DNA of 64,000 nt from Octopus sinensis (lineage: Eukaryota), in assembly GCF_006345805.1 (NCBI RefSeq), contig NW_021833249.1:45661-109660 (forward strand). The letters are read 5' to 3'. Below are positions 1 through 12,671 of the stretch, piece by piece. The notes beneath the pieces are model-generated. The model worked only from the letters and a program-made list of their open reading frames with translations, was not told the origin of the DNA and did not search any database. Each line of letters opens with the position of its first letter. The first letter of the stretch is position 1. A program made the position numbers and the translations under genes.

Positions 1-42
1 TATATTATATATATATATATTATATATGTGTGTGTGTGTGTG

Positions 43-121
<79 letters not shown>

Positions 122-134
122 GTATATATTTATA

Positions 135-173
<39 letters not shown>

Positions 174-205
174 GCACGCGCGCGCACACACACACACACA
201 CACAT
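1..205. repeat. Compound (TA)n/(TG)n/(CA)n microsatellite; similar tracts recur throughout the window
   Basis: Direct reading; explains the [12 protein letters not shown] ORFs. Confidence 0.98.
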
Positions 206-480
206 TTCTTTTTTCTGGCACTCCGTCGGTTACAACGACTAGAGTTCGAGTTGATGAAGTAACCCGCTCGTGAAAATTAACATGCAAGTGGCTGAGCACT
301 CCACAGACACGTGTACCCTTAACGTAGTTCTCAGGGAGATTCAGCGTGACACAGAATGTAACAAAGCTGCCCTTTGGATTACACGCACTACTCATTTTTG
401 CCAGCTGAGTGGACTGGAGCAGCGTGACATAAAGTGTATTGCACAAGGACACAACGCATCGCCGGGAATCGAACTCGGAT
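206..480 (-). mobile_element. tRNA-derived SINE
   Basis: Minus strand reads GAGTTCGATTCCCGG (B-box-like) then GCGTTGTGTCCTTGTGCAA, a typical SINE body motif. Confidence 0.65.
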
Positions 481-739
481 CTTTGTGGTTATTGTCACTG
501 CATGTCGAAATCTTTAAAAAGAAATTTTAATGTATCATGTAGATGTAATTTTTGACGCTGAATCCGAATTCGTTATTTATTTATTCTGGAAAAAATTTTG
601 CGTTCAAAATTTGATAATTTTCAGAATTTTCAGCCAATCAGAAAACAGCGCGTTCGCCGCCTCTTCCATGATGTTACAGTAGCGAGAAAGTGGGGTAGGG
701 GCATGTCAAAACATTAAACTAGCTCCAGTAAACAGTTTA

Positions 740-945
740 AAACATTAAATGATTCACGAGCAAATTAAATATTTAAAAGATACGAGCAAACCAACAGGAG
801 TTGCTAGAAATAACAGTCAAAACATTAAAATATATACGAGCAAAGTAAAAAGTGAAAAGCATTAAAACATTCGCGAATAAATTAAATATTTAAAAGCTAC
901 GTGTAAACCAGGAGGAGTTGCTAGAAATAATAGTCAAAACATTGC
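740..945. repeat. Diverged two-copy tandem duplication (~120 bp)
   Basis: AAATTAAATATTTAAAAG...GGAGTTGCTAGAAATAA-AGTCAAAACATT occurs twice. Confidence 0.6.
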
Positions 946-2079
946 TTAAAACACATTTATTAGTTTTAAAAAATTCAAGAACGGAAGTTTGCAATACATT
1001 CTAGGATTTTATAAAATAAATTATTTTTCATATATCTCCTTCTCCACATAAATTCACAGTCAACCATGGAACGGTGTGTCCCACACCGGCGTTTGTTTCC
1101 ACGCTTTAAAGATGCCTAGGTACTCTCAATTTGTTGAGCGTGAGTCCCATGTTTTGAGTTTATAAATTCAATGCTATGGTTCACAGTTTTATGTTTGAAA
1201 TCATAGCCCACGATTTCTAGGATACGTTTATTTCTGGTATGAGATTTAGCTGCTATGTCTTGTAGGTAGAACGACTACGTAGAAGTTTCCTTTATTAACT
1301 TAATAAATTCAAATGTTTTTCTCCCCAGTACAAATACTGTGAGCATTGTTCTCTACTGCAGAACAAATTATGTCATCCATATTTGCAGATCCACATTTAT
1401 CAACTTGGCTGCCAACAAAGCATCACACCCTCTTTCTCTCTCTCTCCTCTCCTACTCTCTCCCTTCTCTCTTATCATTCACTCACACTCACTTATACTCA
1501 GACTCATATTTCTTCTCCCACTTACTCACTCATTCATTCACTCCTTACTCATTTCATTCTTTTTCTCTTTTTCAAAGAATCTCTTCCCCACTTCCTCTGT
1601 CTCTCTAATTTTGTTCTTGCTCTCTCATTCATAGACTCTGTTACTGACTTCCTCATTACTTTCCCTCTTCTCTGTGTGTGTGCGTGCGCGTGTATTTGTG
1701 TGTGTGTGTGCGCGCGCGCGCGTACATGTGTGTGTGGATGTGTGTGTGTGTGTTTGTATGTGTGTGTGTGTGCATGTCAACATGCACATGCATGTACATG
1801 ACGGTTACAAACAAAGATTAAATGGTGAGAAGGAGAGTATATATCTTCATTATTAATGAAGGTTAGTAACCGAGCTTACGTTTGGGCGCCTTCCAAAAGT
1901 CAGTGCATCGCCGTTGTAATGCTGAATTTTACGCCTAAATTCAAAAAGATCAAAACATGAATGCTCGTTTTCGAAAAGATTGAATAAATTTCTTCACTGA
2001 TCACTCATTTCCCGATGTTTTTTCTATTGGTAGACAGGATTTATTTCCGCTTATTTTATTCCACCCTCATTTAGCGTAG

Positions 2080-2190
2080 CTAGAATATGTTGCCGCCCAG
2101 GCCAACCCTTTATTTAACTTCATCACCTTCCTCCAAGATAACTGCTTCCACACCTATCGCATTGGAGGAATGTGGCCTTTTAAATTTCAG
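2080..2190 (+). CDS. Candidate internal exon, unidentified (LEYVAAQANPLFNFITFLQDNCFHTYRIGGMWPFKFQ)
   Basis: Pyrimidine tract and AG before 2080, 111-nt open frame, CAG|GTAAAG donor at 2191; no family recognised. Confidence 0.25.
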
Positions 2191-2603
2191 GTAAAGTATA
2201 GCGCACGGCGATAAAGCTGTTATTGGTGGTGGTGGTGGTGGTGGTGGTGGTGATGATGATGAGGATGATAATGATGATTATAAGACAATGGAATTTACAT
2301 GAAGAGTAACAATCACATTTATGTGATTGTGAAGAATTTCAAACAGGTTGGCTACTGCAATTAACATAGATTCGAATTCTAAATTACTGGCAAAGTTCTC
2401 CTCATAAAGTTGGATGCTCGTAACTTCTCTGTTATTCCATGACACTGCCCCACACTCCACAACATTGCTCTACCCTCATCAAAACTATCCTACGCTCCGC
2501 CATCCTGTTCTACCCAGTCTCGCTACCCACTGAGATTTCTACTCCTCATTGAAATACACACATTGCCTTACTCCTACATACGCGCACACACACATACACA
2601 CAC

Positions 2604-2657
<54 letters not shown>

Positions 2658-2788
2658 ATATATATATTATATATATTTCGGAATGGTCATATTGCCAGTT
2701 TAGCCAATAAAAACACACGCACTATATATTTGGTGTTATTTTGCTTCAGTGATATTATATATTATCTTGCACAACAAATTTTTAAACG

Positions 2789-2853
<65 letters not shown>

Positions 2854-2929
2854 AGACCAAAGTGTACGTATGCCGCTATATATATATATATATAATATAT
2901 ATATATACATACATACATATATAAAATAC

Positions 2930-3345
2930 AAAATGGGACAAGAACGCAAAACATCCTGACAGGTGATACTAAAAAGAGGACAACAAAATATCCAGATAGA
3001 CGATACAAAGAACACAAGGACGGGTCATTCGGAGTTTTCTTTCCTCAGTCGAGTTCCAGATAATTTTTGCAATTTCGGCTGGTTAAGGCACCTGTTGTTA
3101 TATCCTGTTATTATTTTTATTGTATTTGTATAACATTGTCCGTTTTTTTTCATCCTTGTTTCGTCGCTGCTTTCTTCCAAGGAATCTAATGCTCTTAGCT
3201 TAGTTTTTCCCTAGGGCTGGCCAGATTGGAGCAACTCGAGTATAGTCAGCCGAAATTCCTCGACTGAGGAAAGAAAACTCCGAATGACCCGACCTTGTTT
3301 TCTTTATATCGTCTATCTGGATGTTTTGCGTTCTTGTCCCATTTT
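2930..3345. mobile_element. MITE with long imperfect TIRs in TA-rich context
   Basis: AAAATGGGACAAGAACGCAAAACATCC at 2930 and its reverse complement ending 3345; further inverted match GGGTCATTCGGAGTTTTCTTTCCTCAGTCGAG / CTCGACTGAGGAAAGAAAACTCCGAATGACCC. Confidence 0.75.
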
Positions 3346-3427
3346 ACATATATATATATATATATATAATTGCAAAGATAATCTGGAACTCGACTGAGGA
3401 AAGAAAACTCTGCATTATTCGCACATA

Positions 3428-3463
<36 letters not shown>

Positions 3464-3473
3464 TGTATGTATG

Positions 3474-3504
<31 letters not shown>

Positions 3505-3530
3505 TATATATATATATATTTTTAATATTC

Positions 3531-3760
3531 TCCCAAAGAGTCTGAGGAACTTGTACAAAGTAGATGTAGGGGTTTTTAAATCAAGGCTGGACCTCTTCCT
3601 GTCGAGAGTCCCAGATGAGCCTACCTCACGGCAAGAGGTGCAAATGAGGGTAGCTATATCAGACTCCCTTCTTCATCAGGTGCCACATGTTAGAGGAGGC
3701 TCCTAGTAATAACAGTGTAGCGCAAAACGGTGGTGCAGCTCTGAGCTGAAACTTTAAAAA
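3531..3760 (+). mobile_element. CR1-clade LINE 3' fragment
   Basis: LPKSLRNLYKVDVGVFKSRLDLFLSRVPDEP matches the CR1 ORF2 C-terminal pattern; same pattern at 26683-27012 (-). Confidence 0.75.
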
Positions 3761-3780
3761 ATAGGGTATATATATATATA

Positions 3781-5930
3781 CTAGCTGAAGGTGACCCGCT
3801 CTACGCGCGGGTAAGAGTGTGGTTGTTACTTTCTGTTGCTTCCTTTCAGCACGTAAAAAGCACCATCCGAACGTGGCCGATTGCAGCGCCGCCTTGACTG
3901 GCTTCTGTGCCGGTGGCACGTAAAAAAGCACCAACCGATCGTGGAAGCTGCGAGCTCCCCTGGCACCTGAGCCGGCGGCATGAAAAAAAGCACCCACTAC
4001 GCTCACAGAGTGGTTGGCGTTAGGAAGGTCATCCACCTGTAGAAACACTGCCAGATCAGACTGGAGCCTGGTGCAGCCTCCTGGCTTCCCAGACCCCGGT
4101 CAAACTGTCCAACCCGTGCTAGCACGGAAAACGGACGTTAAACGATGATGATGATGATGATGATGATTCTCCCTCTTTGTTTCTCTCTCCTTTCTCTCTC
4201 ACTTTCCTCACTCTCTTACTTTTCTTTTCTCTCGGACTCTCCCTCGCTTTCTCTTACTCTCTATCTTTATCTATCTCTCTCCCATTTATAAACAACAAAA
4301 GATCTTGAGTAAGTTGAGAAATAAAATATTTAGAAAGATCAATCAGAAATAGGCAGTGGCAACGGAAAAGTCTGCTTTAAGGCAGACAGCAAAACGCTAA
4401 CATTTAAAAGGGACAGACGAACTTGCGAGCTGAATAAAAATAATAAAATATTGGAAAGCAAAGTTTGAAGGGATATAATATGAGGATAGTAGAGTCACCA
4501 TGGCTGGCATTTCTTAACGACGGACAGCAACGTATTGACAGTTTAACAGCTGGCGTAAAATTTTGAACTTGATGTAAAATAAAATTCGTAAACACCAAGT
4601 TTTGAAGTGATTCTTTCTCACGACAGTAGACTCACCATGGCAAGCATTCAAAACTTCTTCATCGTGGACGGCAACACATTGACGATTAAAAGGCTGGCGC
4701 AAATTTTTTAGCTTGATGTAACAGAGAATTCCTAAACACTCGCTCCTGTAAATTTTAATCCCCTTCCAGCCCCATTTAGATCCCTTTTCACATTTTGGTT
4801 AATATAACCCGATTTCATTCGGGTGTACTGAGGTCACATTTTATAAGATGAGGAATTTTGTCCTAGAGGTGACGCCTTTAATTTGAGGAAAAAAATAGTT
4901 GTCATGCAAACTTGCCAGCACTTTTAACATAGGTGTGCATATTTTCAGCTGAACCGACCGACCACATAATGCACACATTATATATATATATGAGTGTGTG
5001 TGTGCACGCATTATATATACAAATGTATACAAATTATATATATATGTATAAATTAAATTAGAGATAAAACCACTAATAGGCAAATCAAACAGTGAAAAAC
5101 GAAAAACAAAAACATAAAAATAAAAATACAATATAGAAAATATATAAAATATAAAATTGAAAAATTTAAATTATTTAAATTGAAAATAAAAATTATTAAA
5201 TTATATTTATAATTTGTTTAAAAATATATATAACTATGAAAAAGTATTAAAAGTTTAATATACATAAATACAGATATATCACTTTGTATATATACATTAT
5301 ATATACATATTTATATAGAACACAACACACATACATTATATATCATATTTTATATAAGAACACACACACACACACATATAAATGAACGCAAGAAATATCT
5401 GATTCGTAATATTTGTTCTCATGCTCGTGTGTTGTTGGTGCGATGATAATTCTCTCTATGAATGCAGACAGATACATAAAAGAACGTCGAAGTGATGGGA
5501 AGGTAGGAAACAGAGTGAGTGAAAAAGTGCTGGGAAGAGAGGAAATAGCGAGAGTGAGTTGAGGAAGACAGATACATTAAAGAACGGGAGTGGACTTGTC
5601 AAAGTGGGTTTTTGTCTCTCTATGAATGCAGACAGATACATAAAAGAACGCCGAAGTGATGGGAAGGTAGGAAACAGAGTGAGTGAAAAAGTGCTGGGAA
5701 GAGAGGAAATAGCGAGAGTTGAGGAAGACAGATACATTAAAGAACGGGAGTGGACTTGTCAAAGTGAGTTTTTGGCCCTAGCAACGACACCTTTTAAGAT
5801 GGGGATTTCTAAGGTAGCCCACGGGCATCGTCCCCTCATTTTACATGTCCCTGTAAATTTTGGAGTGAATCCGACGGGATGTAGTGGCCTTGAAAGCGAT
5901 CCAAGCGGTAAAAACGCATTTCAGTCGTAT
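3781..5930 (-). mobile_element. Non-autonomous Helitron, family A (carries a SINE at 3848-4166 and a ~160-bp tandem duplication at 5452-5770)
   Basis: Minus-strand 3' end: hairpin ACCCGC-GCGTAGA-GCGGGT ~10 nt before CTAG|T; body homologous to copies at 21020-26425. Confidence 0.8.
3848..4166 (+). mobile_element. (GAT)n-tailed SINE-like repeat inside Helitron A
   Basis: GGCGTTAGGAAGG..CATCCA, AACCCGTGCTAGCACGGAAAACGGACGTTAAAC(GAT)n; other copies at 18547, 22003, 34824. Confidence 0.75.
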
Positions 5931-6219
5931 TAATTGTTTGGACTTTGTGAACACATACCAATTGTTTTCATAACATTTTTAACGCTTTGAATTAAATGTG
6001 ACCATTTTGCGTTGAGTCTGCAGTTTGAATCACTTTAACCAAATTTTAGCAGGCCGGATTTTTGATCATCACGATACATCGCCAGCGACTCCCTGAAACC
6101 CTCCCCTGAAATCCCCGTTGAGAAATCTATATATATAAAACTCAACTTGTGTGTCTGTGTGTTTAACTTTTGGATCTACCAAGTTTCATTATTAAGGATG
6201 GAAAGTAGTGCGTAGCAAA

Positions 6220-6593
6220 TCTATATATATAAAGCTGAAGTTGTCTGTGTGCGGCAGGTTTGGCAGCCTTCAACTAACACTATCTCCTTCGAGACCCTGC
6301 TGTGCAAGTTGACCAAAATTGAGAGTATGATAGAAGAAGGCTTGCTCTTCATTCTGAAGAAGATAAAATTCAAATCGGACCATGTTAACACCAAAAATTA
6401 TTTACATAAAAAAGGTGCTTTTTTTCTATGAAAATCCCTATTTTTTACTATTTTTGACTGCTGTGTCACCGTTTTTCGGTGTATTTCAACTGGAAAAATG
6501 AACAACAAGTTGCATAATGCAAAATTTTTACTTTTCAAAAAATCCAATTCTAAAGGGTCGAAACAAACCCAAGCAACACGGGTGATACTGCTA

Positions 6594-6594
<1 letters not shown>
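6220..6594 (+). mobile_element. Short non-autonomous Helitron (different family); another Helitron-like 5' end at 6126
   Basis: A|TCTATATATATAAAG 5' end; imperfect hairpin CCC-AAGCAACAC-GGG then CTAG|T at 6591-6595. Confidence 0.75.
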
Positions 6595-6630
<36 letters not shown>

Positions 6631-6741
6631 AATTCGGGGTGAGTACTTGATAATTATAAGCACCTGTGTATACCGTTTGGTGGTTGTAGGTGGTTGGAGT
6701 AAATTGATCAAAATAAAATAAAACATGATGCGAAGGATTCA

Positions 6742-6819
6742 GCGGTACATATGTTTCGGGCCTTTATTAGACAGATTTATAACAATGCATAATGTATGTC
6801 TGTGGCCTTCTTCAGCCGC
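6742..6819 (-). ncRNA. Minimal type I hammerhead ribozyme (left arm)
   Basis: Reverse complement of 9219-9296. Confidence 0.8.
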
Positions 6820-9218
6820 GCACAACAGCTTCCACAAGGACATGTGTTACATCAAAAATTCTTGGTTGGGGATGCAAATCCTCTCATTCACGTACGACAT
6901 AATGCGGCAGCAGCATAGAGTTGAAGCGTCCATCTCTTTCTTCTCTCAATGTAGAATGAGGAAAATGGATGTGAGGTATGTAAATAAATAAATACATATA
7001 TAGAGTGTGAAGATGAGAGGGCGAGAGTTCGGACGAGGATAAAAATGTATAAAAAGTGTAAGTATAGAATAATATAAAAATGTATTAGAGGATAAAGGGT
7101 TGTAAGTAGATGTAAAGGGGGTATAAAGAAATAGAAAGTAAAAATAGAAATAGAAAATAAAGTAAAAAAAAACCTGATAAAAACATGATAAAAGTGTAAA
7201 AGAATGTAAAGATAAGGGATGTATAGAGGTTATGGACCAAGCATGGTGGTCAGGAGATTGATAAAATTTAGTTGTAGAATTGTCAGTACATCATCAGTTT
7301 TCGTCTGGGGACTTAATGCGTTGTAAATCAGAGCTGATGAGCATTTAATCTGGTTCCTTGAATTAAATGGACTTCTAGTACATACATATCATCATGGATA
7401 TATACACCCACATACACGCGTACATATACGCTCCAAGCCTATAAGCATACAACGCACTCGCGTGTAAACACGTACATAAACACACCACGCACCCACACGC
7501 ACGCGCGTACACACACATATATACACAGAATATCCGCATATATACACGGACATTACGCGCGTACACGCTCACAAGTATATACGCGCGCCCATCACTACAT
7601 ACACACACGTATATGCCCACGCCTCTAGGTCCAGGTATAAGATATTAAGGATGTGTATAAAACGAATGTAAAGAATCCCGTACTCATGTCAATACGCGCA
7701 CGCACACACGGCTTGTGTGTCCGTATGTGCGTGCACATATACCCTCATATACACCACACAGAGACACACGCGCACATGGGTATAGCTATAAGATATCGAA
7801 GTATGCATGTACATATATGCATGTGCATATGTATGTATGCGTATACACACGTACGCGGACGCTCGTATATTCAAAAAGGTGGATCCATAGGTAAGTAAAT
7901 AAACATATATAGAGGTGTAAAGCGATAAGTTAGGGGTAAGAATGAGGGTAAGGGTAAAGATTAGAAAAATAAAAATACAGTATAAAATAAGAAATACAAT
8001 GTAATAGTTAGAAATGAAGTATAAGAATTATAAAAATTATAAGAGTTAAGGTAAGGGATGAAATGAAAATGAGAATAAATGGAAGTAGAATAAAAGTAAA
8101 AATAAAATTAAAAATAAAAATAAAAATAAATGGAAGTAGGATAAAAGTAAAAATAAAAGTAAAAATAAAAATAAAATAAAATAAGATAAAAATATAATTT
8201 TGTAAAGTTTAAAGTTGTGTGTTAAACGTAGGGGCGGGCGGGGGGAACTGAAAATTGGAAGAGTGGGAAGTGGAGTTTGGCGGTGTGCGTATATGAGGGT
8301 ATATGTGCACGCACATACGGACACACAGCCGTGTGTGCGTGCGCGTATTGACATGAGTACGGGATTCTTTACATACGTTCTTATACACATCCTTTAATAT
8401 CTTATACCTGGACCTAGAGGCGTGGGCATATACGTGTGTGTATGTAGTGATGGGCGCGCGTATATACTTGTGAGCGTGTACGCGCGTAATGTCCGTGTAT
8501 ATATGCGGATATTCTGTTGTATGTATGTGTGTGTACGCGCGTGCGTGTGGGTGCGTGTGTGTTTATGTACGTGTTTACACGCGGTGCGTGTGTATGCTTA
8601 TAGGCTTGGAGGCGTATATGTACGCGTGTATGTGGGTGTGTATATATCCATGATGATATGTATGTACTAGAAGTCCATTAATTCAAGGAACCAGATTAAA
8701 TGCTCATCAGCTCTGATTTACAACGCATTAAGTCCCCACGAACGAAACTGATGATGTACTGACAATTCTACAACTAAATTTTATTAATCTCCTGACCACC
8801 ATGCTTGGTCCATAACCTCTATACATCCCTTAATCTTTACATTCTTTTACACTTTTATCATGTTTTTATCAGGCTTTTTTACTTTTATTTCTATTTCTAT
8901 TTTTACTTTATATTTCTTTATACCCCCTTACATCTATTACAACCCTTTAATCCTCTACATTTTTATATATTCTATACTTACACTTTTTATACATTTTTTA
9001 TCCCTCGTCCCGAACTCTCGCCCCTCCATCTTCACCTCTATATTGTATTTTATTTTACATACATCACATCCAATTTTCCTCATTCTACATTGAGAGAAGA
9101 AAGAGATGGACGCTTCAACTCTATGCTGCTGCCGCATTATGTCGTACGTGAATGAGAGGATTTGCATCCCCAACAAGAATTTTTGATGTAACACATGTCC
9201 TTGTGGAAGCTGTTGTGC

Positions 9219-9296
9219 GCGGCTGAAGAAGGCCACAGACATACATTATGCATTGTTATAAATCTGTCTAATAAAGGCCCGAAACATATGTACCGC
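9219..9296 (+). ncRNA. Minimal type I hammerhead ribozyme (right arm)
   Basis: GCGG-CTGAAGA-A-GGCC..41 nt..GGCC-C-GAAA-CATATG-TA-CCGC: stem I GCGG/CCGC, CUGANGA and GAAA cores, stem II GGCC/GGCC, palindromic stem III, GUA cleavage triplet. Confidence 0.8.
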
Positions 9297-9541
9297 TGAA
9301 TCCTTCGCATCATGTTTTTATTTTATTTTGATCAATTTATATATATATATATATATATATTATTATATTATATATATATATATATACGCTACACTTACTC
9401 AAGGTTGCCACATGACGTGTCTTGTACTTCTGTACAAAACTTTATCTTCTTTCTATTCTGCAGCAACATTCACAGCAACAAGTACAATAACAACAACGAC
9501 AAAAACAAACAACAACGCCGACGACGATCACAACACTACAA

Positions 9542-9756
9542 ATATTTATTTCTTTATTGCCCACGGGAGGGGGGGCTAAACACAGAAGAGATAAACAAGG
9601 ACAGACAAGAGATTAAGTCGATTACATCGACCCCAGTGCCCGAAAGGATGAAAGGCAAAGTCGACCTCGGAGGAATTTGAACTCAGAACGTAACCGCAGA
9701 CGAAATACCACTAAGCATTTCGTCCGGCGTGCTAACGTTTCTTCCAGCTCGCCGCC
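9542..9756 (-). mobile_element. tRNA-derived SINE (GGCGGCGAGCTGG... family)
   Basis: GAGTTCAAATTCC B-box-like motif and GTCGACTTTGCCTTTCATCCTTTCGGG body; copies at 10290-10835, 16310-16490, 32401-32760, 45255-45859. Confidence 0.8.
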
Positions 9757-10935
9757 CTAAGAACACCACGATACATTCTCAACAATTAACTAATACAGCA
9801 TATGATCGCTCAAACTGCTAGAAGCAGCAAGCTAATTTCCCTCAAATCAAGGTATGTGTTGTAGTAAAAATAGCATTGAAAGGTTTAAAAGAACAAATTG
9901 ACGCTAGAAATTATTTTAAAGTCTGGTACTTATTGATAGAATGTCTGAAATAAGACAGAATGGTTAAATCCGGCCTCACTTGGAACTTAACAACTGTCCC
10001 TGAACTGAATATATTTTGTATTAAAAGTAGTAAACGGGAAAAAACAATTCAAATTTAAAATTTTATCATCTAGCCGATGTCGAACTAGAAAATACGATAA
10101 TTACAAGCCGAACAGTGGCTGTTGGAAAAACAGCACAAACAACAACGACAACAACAACGGTAACCTCCACCATCACCACTACCAACAAAAACACCATCAA
10201 TATAAGGAATGTGTTATAGTGAACATTTGTAGTGATGATGATTTCTGATTAGGCATTAGGCCTCAAGTTTTGTGATTGTTACGATCGACTCTAGTTCTTG
10301 ACTAATGCTATATTTTATAGAATCCAGAAGGATGGAAGGCAAAGTTGACTTTGACAGGATCTGAACTCGGGACGTAAAAAACTGCTAAAAATGCCATTAC
10401 ACATTTTGTCCGACGCGCTAACGATTCTACTAACCCGTTGCCTTTAATAATGATAATAATTGTTTCAAATTTTAACACAAAGTCAGCAATTTGGGGGGAT
10501 GGGTAAGTCACTTACATCGATCCCAGTGCTCAACTGGTATTTATCTTATCGACCCCTAAAAGGAAGCAGACAAAATGACCATAGTAGGAAAGTTGCAAAG
10601 CTACTTCCGATTTCGCTAGCTCGCTGCCTTCAATATTGATAATAATCCTTTCTAATATAGGCACAAGGCCTGAAATTTTAATGGAAGGGGTAAGTCGATC
10701 ACATCAACCCCAGTACTTGACTGGTACTTAATTTATCGACTAAAAGCACAAGGCCTGAAAATTTTGGGGAAGAGACAAGTCAATTATATCGACCCAGTGT
10801 TCCACTGGAACTTAATTTATCGACCCCGAAAGGATGAGAGGCAAGGTCGACAACGACAACGGTAACAAAGTTGACAACAGTGGTTATGATAATGGTAGTG
10901 AGAAGAGAAAGCAAAAGAGAATCGGTGAAGGAGGA

Positions 10936-11412
10936 GGGAAGAAGAAGAAGAGGAAGAAGAAGAAGAACAACAACAACAACAACAACAACAGCAACAACAA
11001 CGACGACGACGATGACGAGGAGGAGGAGGAGGAGGAGAAGAAGAAGAAGAAGAAGAAGAAGAAGAAGAAGAAGAAGAAGAAGAAGAAGAAGATGAAGAAG
11101 AAGAAGAAGATGAAGAAGAAGAAGAAGATGAAGATGTTTATACTTAATTTGTTATAGCCACCACAGCTAAAGTCCTTCATCGTTGAGGGACATTTAGTTA
11201 TTATTTCTAGTGGGTCGGACGACGCTGAACGAAGAGATACCTTTTTTTTTCAGTCATAATTAAGTGATGTAAATACGAGGGATTGCTGAATAGTTTCTGG
11301 CTTCGCGTAAAAGAAAGAAGAAGAAGAAAGAAAGAAAGAAAGAAAGAAGAAGAGAAGAAGAAGAAGAAGAAGAAGAAGAAGAAGAAGAAGAAGAAGAAGA
11401 AGAAGAAGAAGA
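10936..11412. repeat. Compound trinucleotide repeats (AAG, AAC, GAC, GAG) flanking a 185-bp unique block
   Basis: Direct reading. Confidence 0.95.
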
Positions 11413-12671
11413 ATGTAAATAAATTTTTTAGAAAAGTCATCATATTGCTTATGATGATGATGATTGTGATCGTAGATATTGTGGTGGTGGTGGTGGTGGT
11501 GGTGGTGGTATAGTATTGATGGCGTTGGTGGTGATGGTGGCTGTGGTGGTTACGACGTCGTTGTTGTGTTGGTTATGAGGTTGTTGGTTATGAGGTTGTT
11601 GGTAGTGATGGTGATGTTTGAAGTAGTTAAGGCAAAGAAGAAGAAAAAAAAGAGAGAAAATAGAGGGAGGGAAGGAAGGCGGGAGAAACAGAAAGTAAGA
11701 GACAGACAGAGAGGAAGGAAGGATTTCGTAGTGAAATGTGAAGGTCCTTAGTATACTGTTTCTTTCTGGATTTATGCCAAAGATAACTTTACAGTTTTTT
11801 GTTCTGAATGTTTGTAAATGAGAAGGTGAGAGGAGAGGCAACTAAACTGCTGTGTTCCGATTACCTTAACAACCTTCCAACGTCACCATCTTGCACCATC
11901 AACATCACGTATTCAACCACAAATCATCATCATTGTCGTCGTCGTCGTCATCACCACTACCACCATCACAACCACAATCATCGAATGTTTCTGTAGTGGA
12001 ATGGTATCAAAGGGTCACTATAAGTGGAGTGGTTGTTTAGAAGTGTTCTACTTTTTTTTCTAAGACATAAAATATTTATACCAAATATATTTGAGATACA
12101 GTTTTGATAAAATCTTTGTTGTGTTCAGAATATGAGCTGGACATTATGTTATCGATGAGAAGAAACACAACTGATGATGCACCAAGTTCCAATATAATTT
12201 CTTTATATAATTCCTCATCTTTTTAAATAGTTTCCATAAAAATTAACATTTTAACTCTATTTTCCCCATGTGTTGTATTATTCATTTATCATCAATTCAT
12301 TTAAAACTGCAATTTTTTAAGCAAACACCTTTAATAAACAAAGATAAATGTATTATTTTTGCCTTCTGTGCTGCGTGGTGTGTTTATGATATTGAGTATA
12401 ATGGTATTTTATGTTCCCAGATCCTGCTACTTAGAAGGGAGATGGTACCTAAGAACAACTCCAAGTATGTTGTTGTTGTTGTTGCCTGATGTTTATACTT
12501 AATTTGTTATAGCCACCACAGCTAAAGTCCTTCATCGTTGAGGGACATTTAGTTATTATTTCTAGTGGGTCGGACGACGCTGAACGAAGAGATACCTTTT
12601 TTTTCAGTCATAATTAAGTGATGTAAATACGAGGGGTTGCTGAAAAGTTTCTGGCTTCGCGTAAAAGAAAG
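11133..12671 (+). repeat. ~185-bp direct duplication: 11133-11317 and 12488-12671
   Basis: GATGTTTATACTTAATTTG...CTTCGCGTAAAAGAAAG present twice with few differences. Confidence 0.9.

Larger units (their letters stand above)
6700..9339. mobile_element. Long palindromic non-coding element: arms 6700-7752 and 8289-9339, spacer ~536 bp; hammerhead-bearing, probably PLE-derived
   Basis: Arms are reverse complements over ~1.05 kb with only scattered small differences; lies between (TA)n tracts; no credible ORF. Confidence 0.85.

Noticed and set aside
3262-3295. CTGAGGA..CCGAAT in the MITE TIR as a hammerhead
   Set aside because: Second core is GAAT rather than GAAA and stems I and III do not form
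6700-9339. Interpretation as Polinton or foldback DNA-transposon TIRs
   Set aside because: No Polinton-type termini, TSD or coding core seen; the hammerheads point to a PLE or retrozyme origin, though a DNA-transposon origin is not strictly excluded
12421-12464. Possible micro-exon (CCCAG|..SCYLEGRWYLRTTP..|GTATGT)
   Set aside because: Splice-like ends only; no recognisable domain or link to the WSC exon
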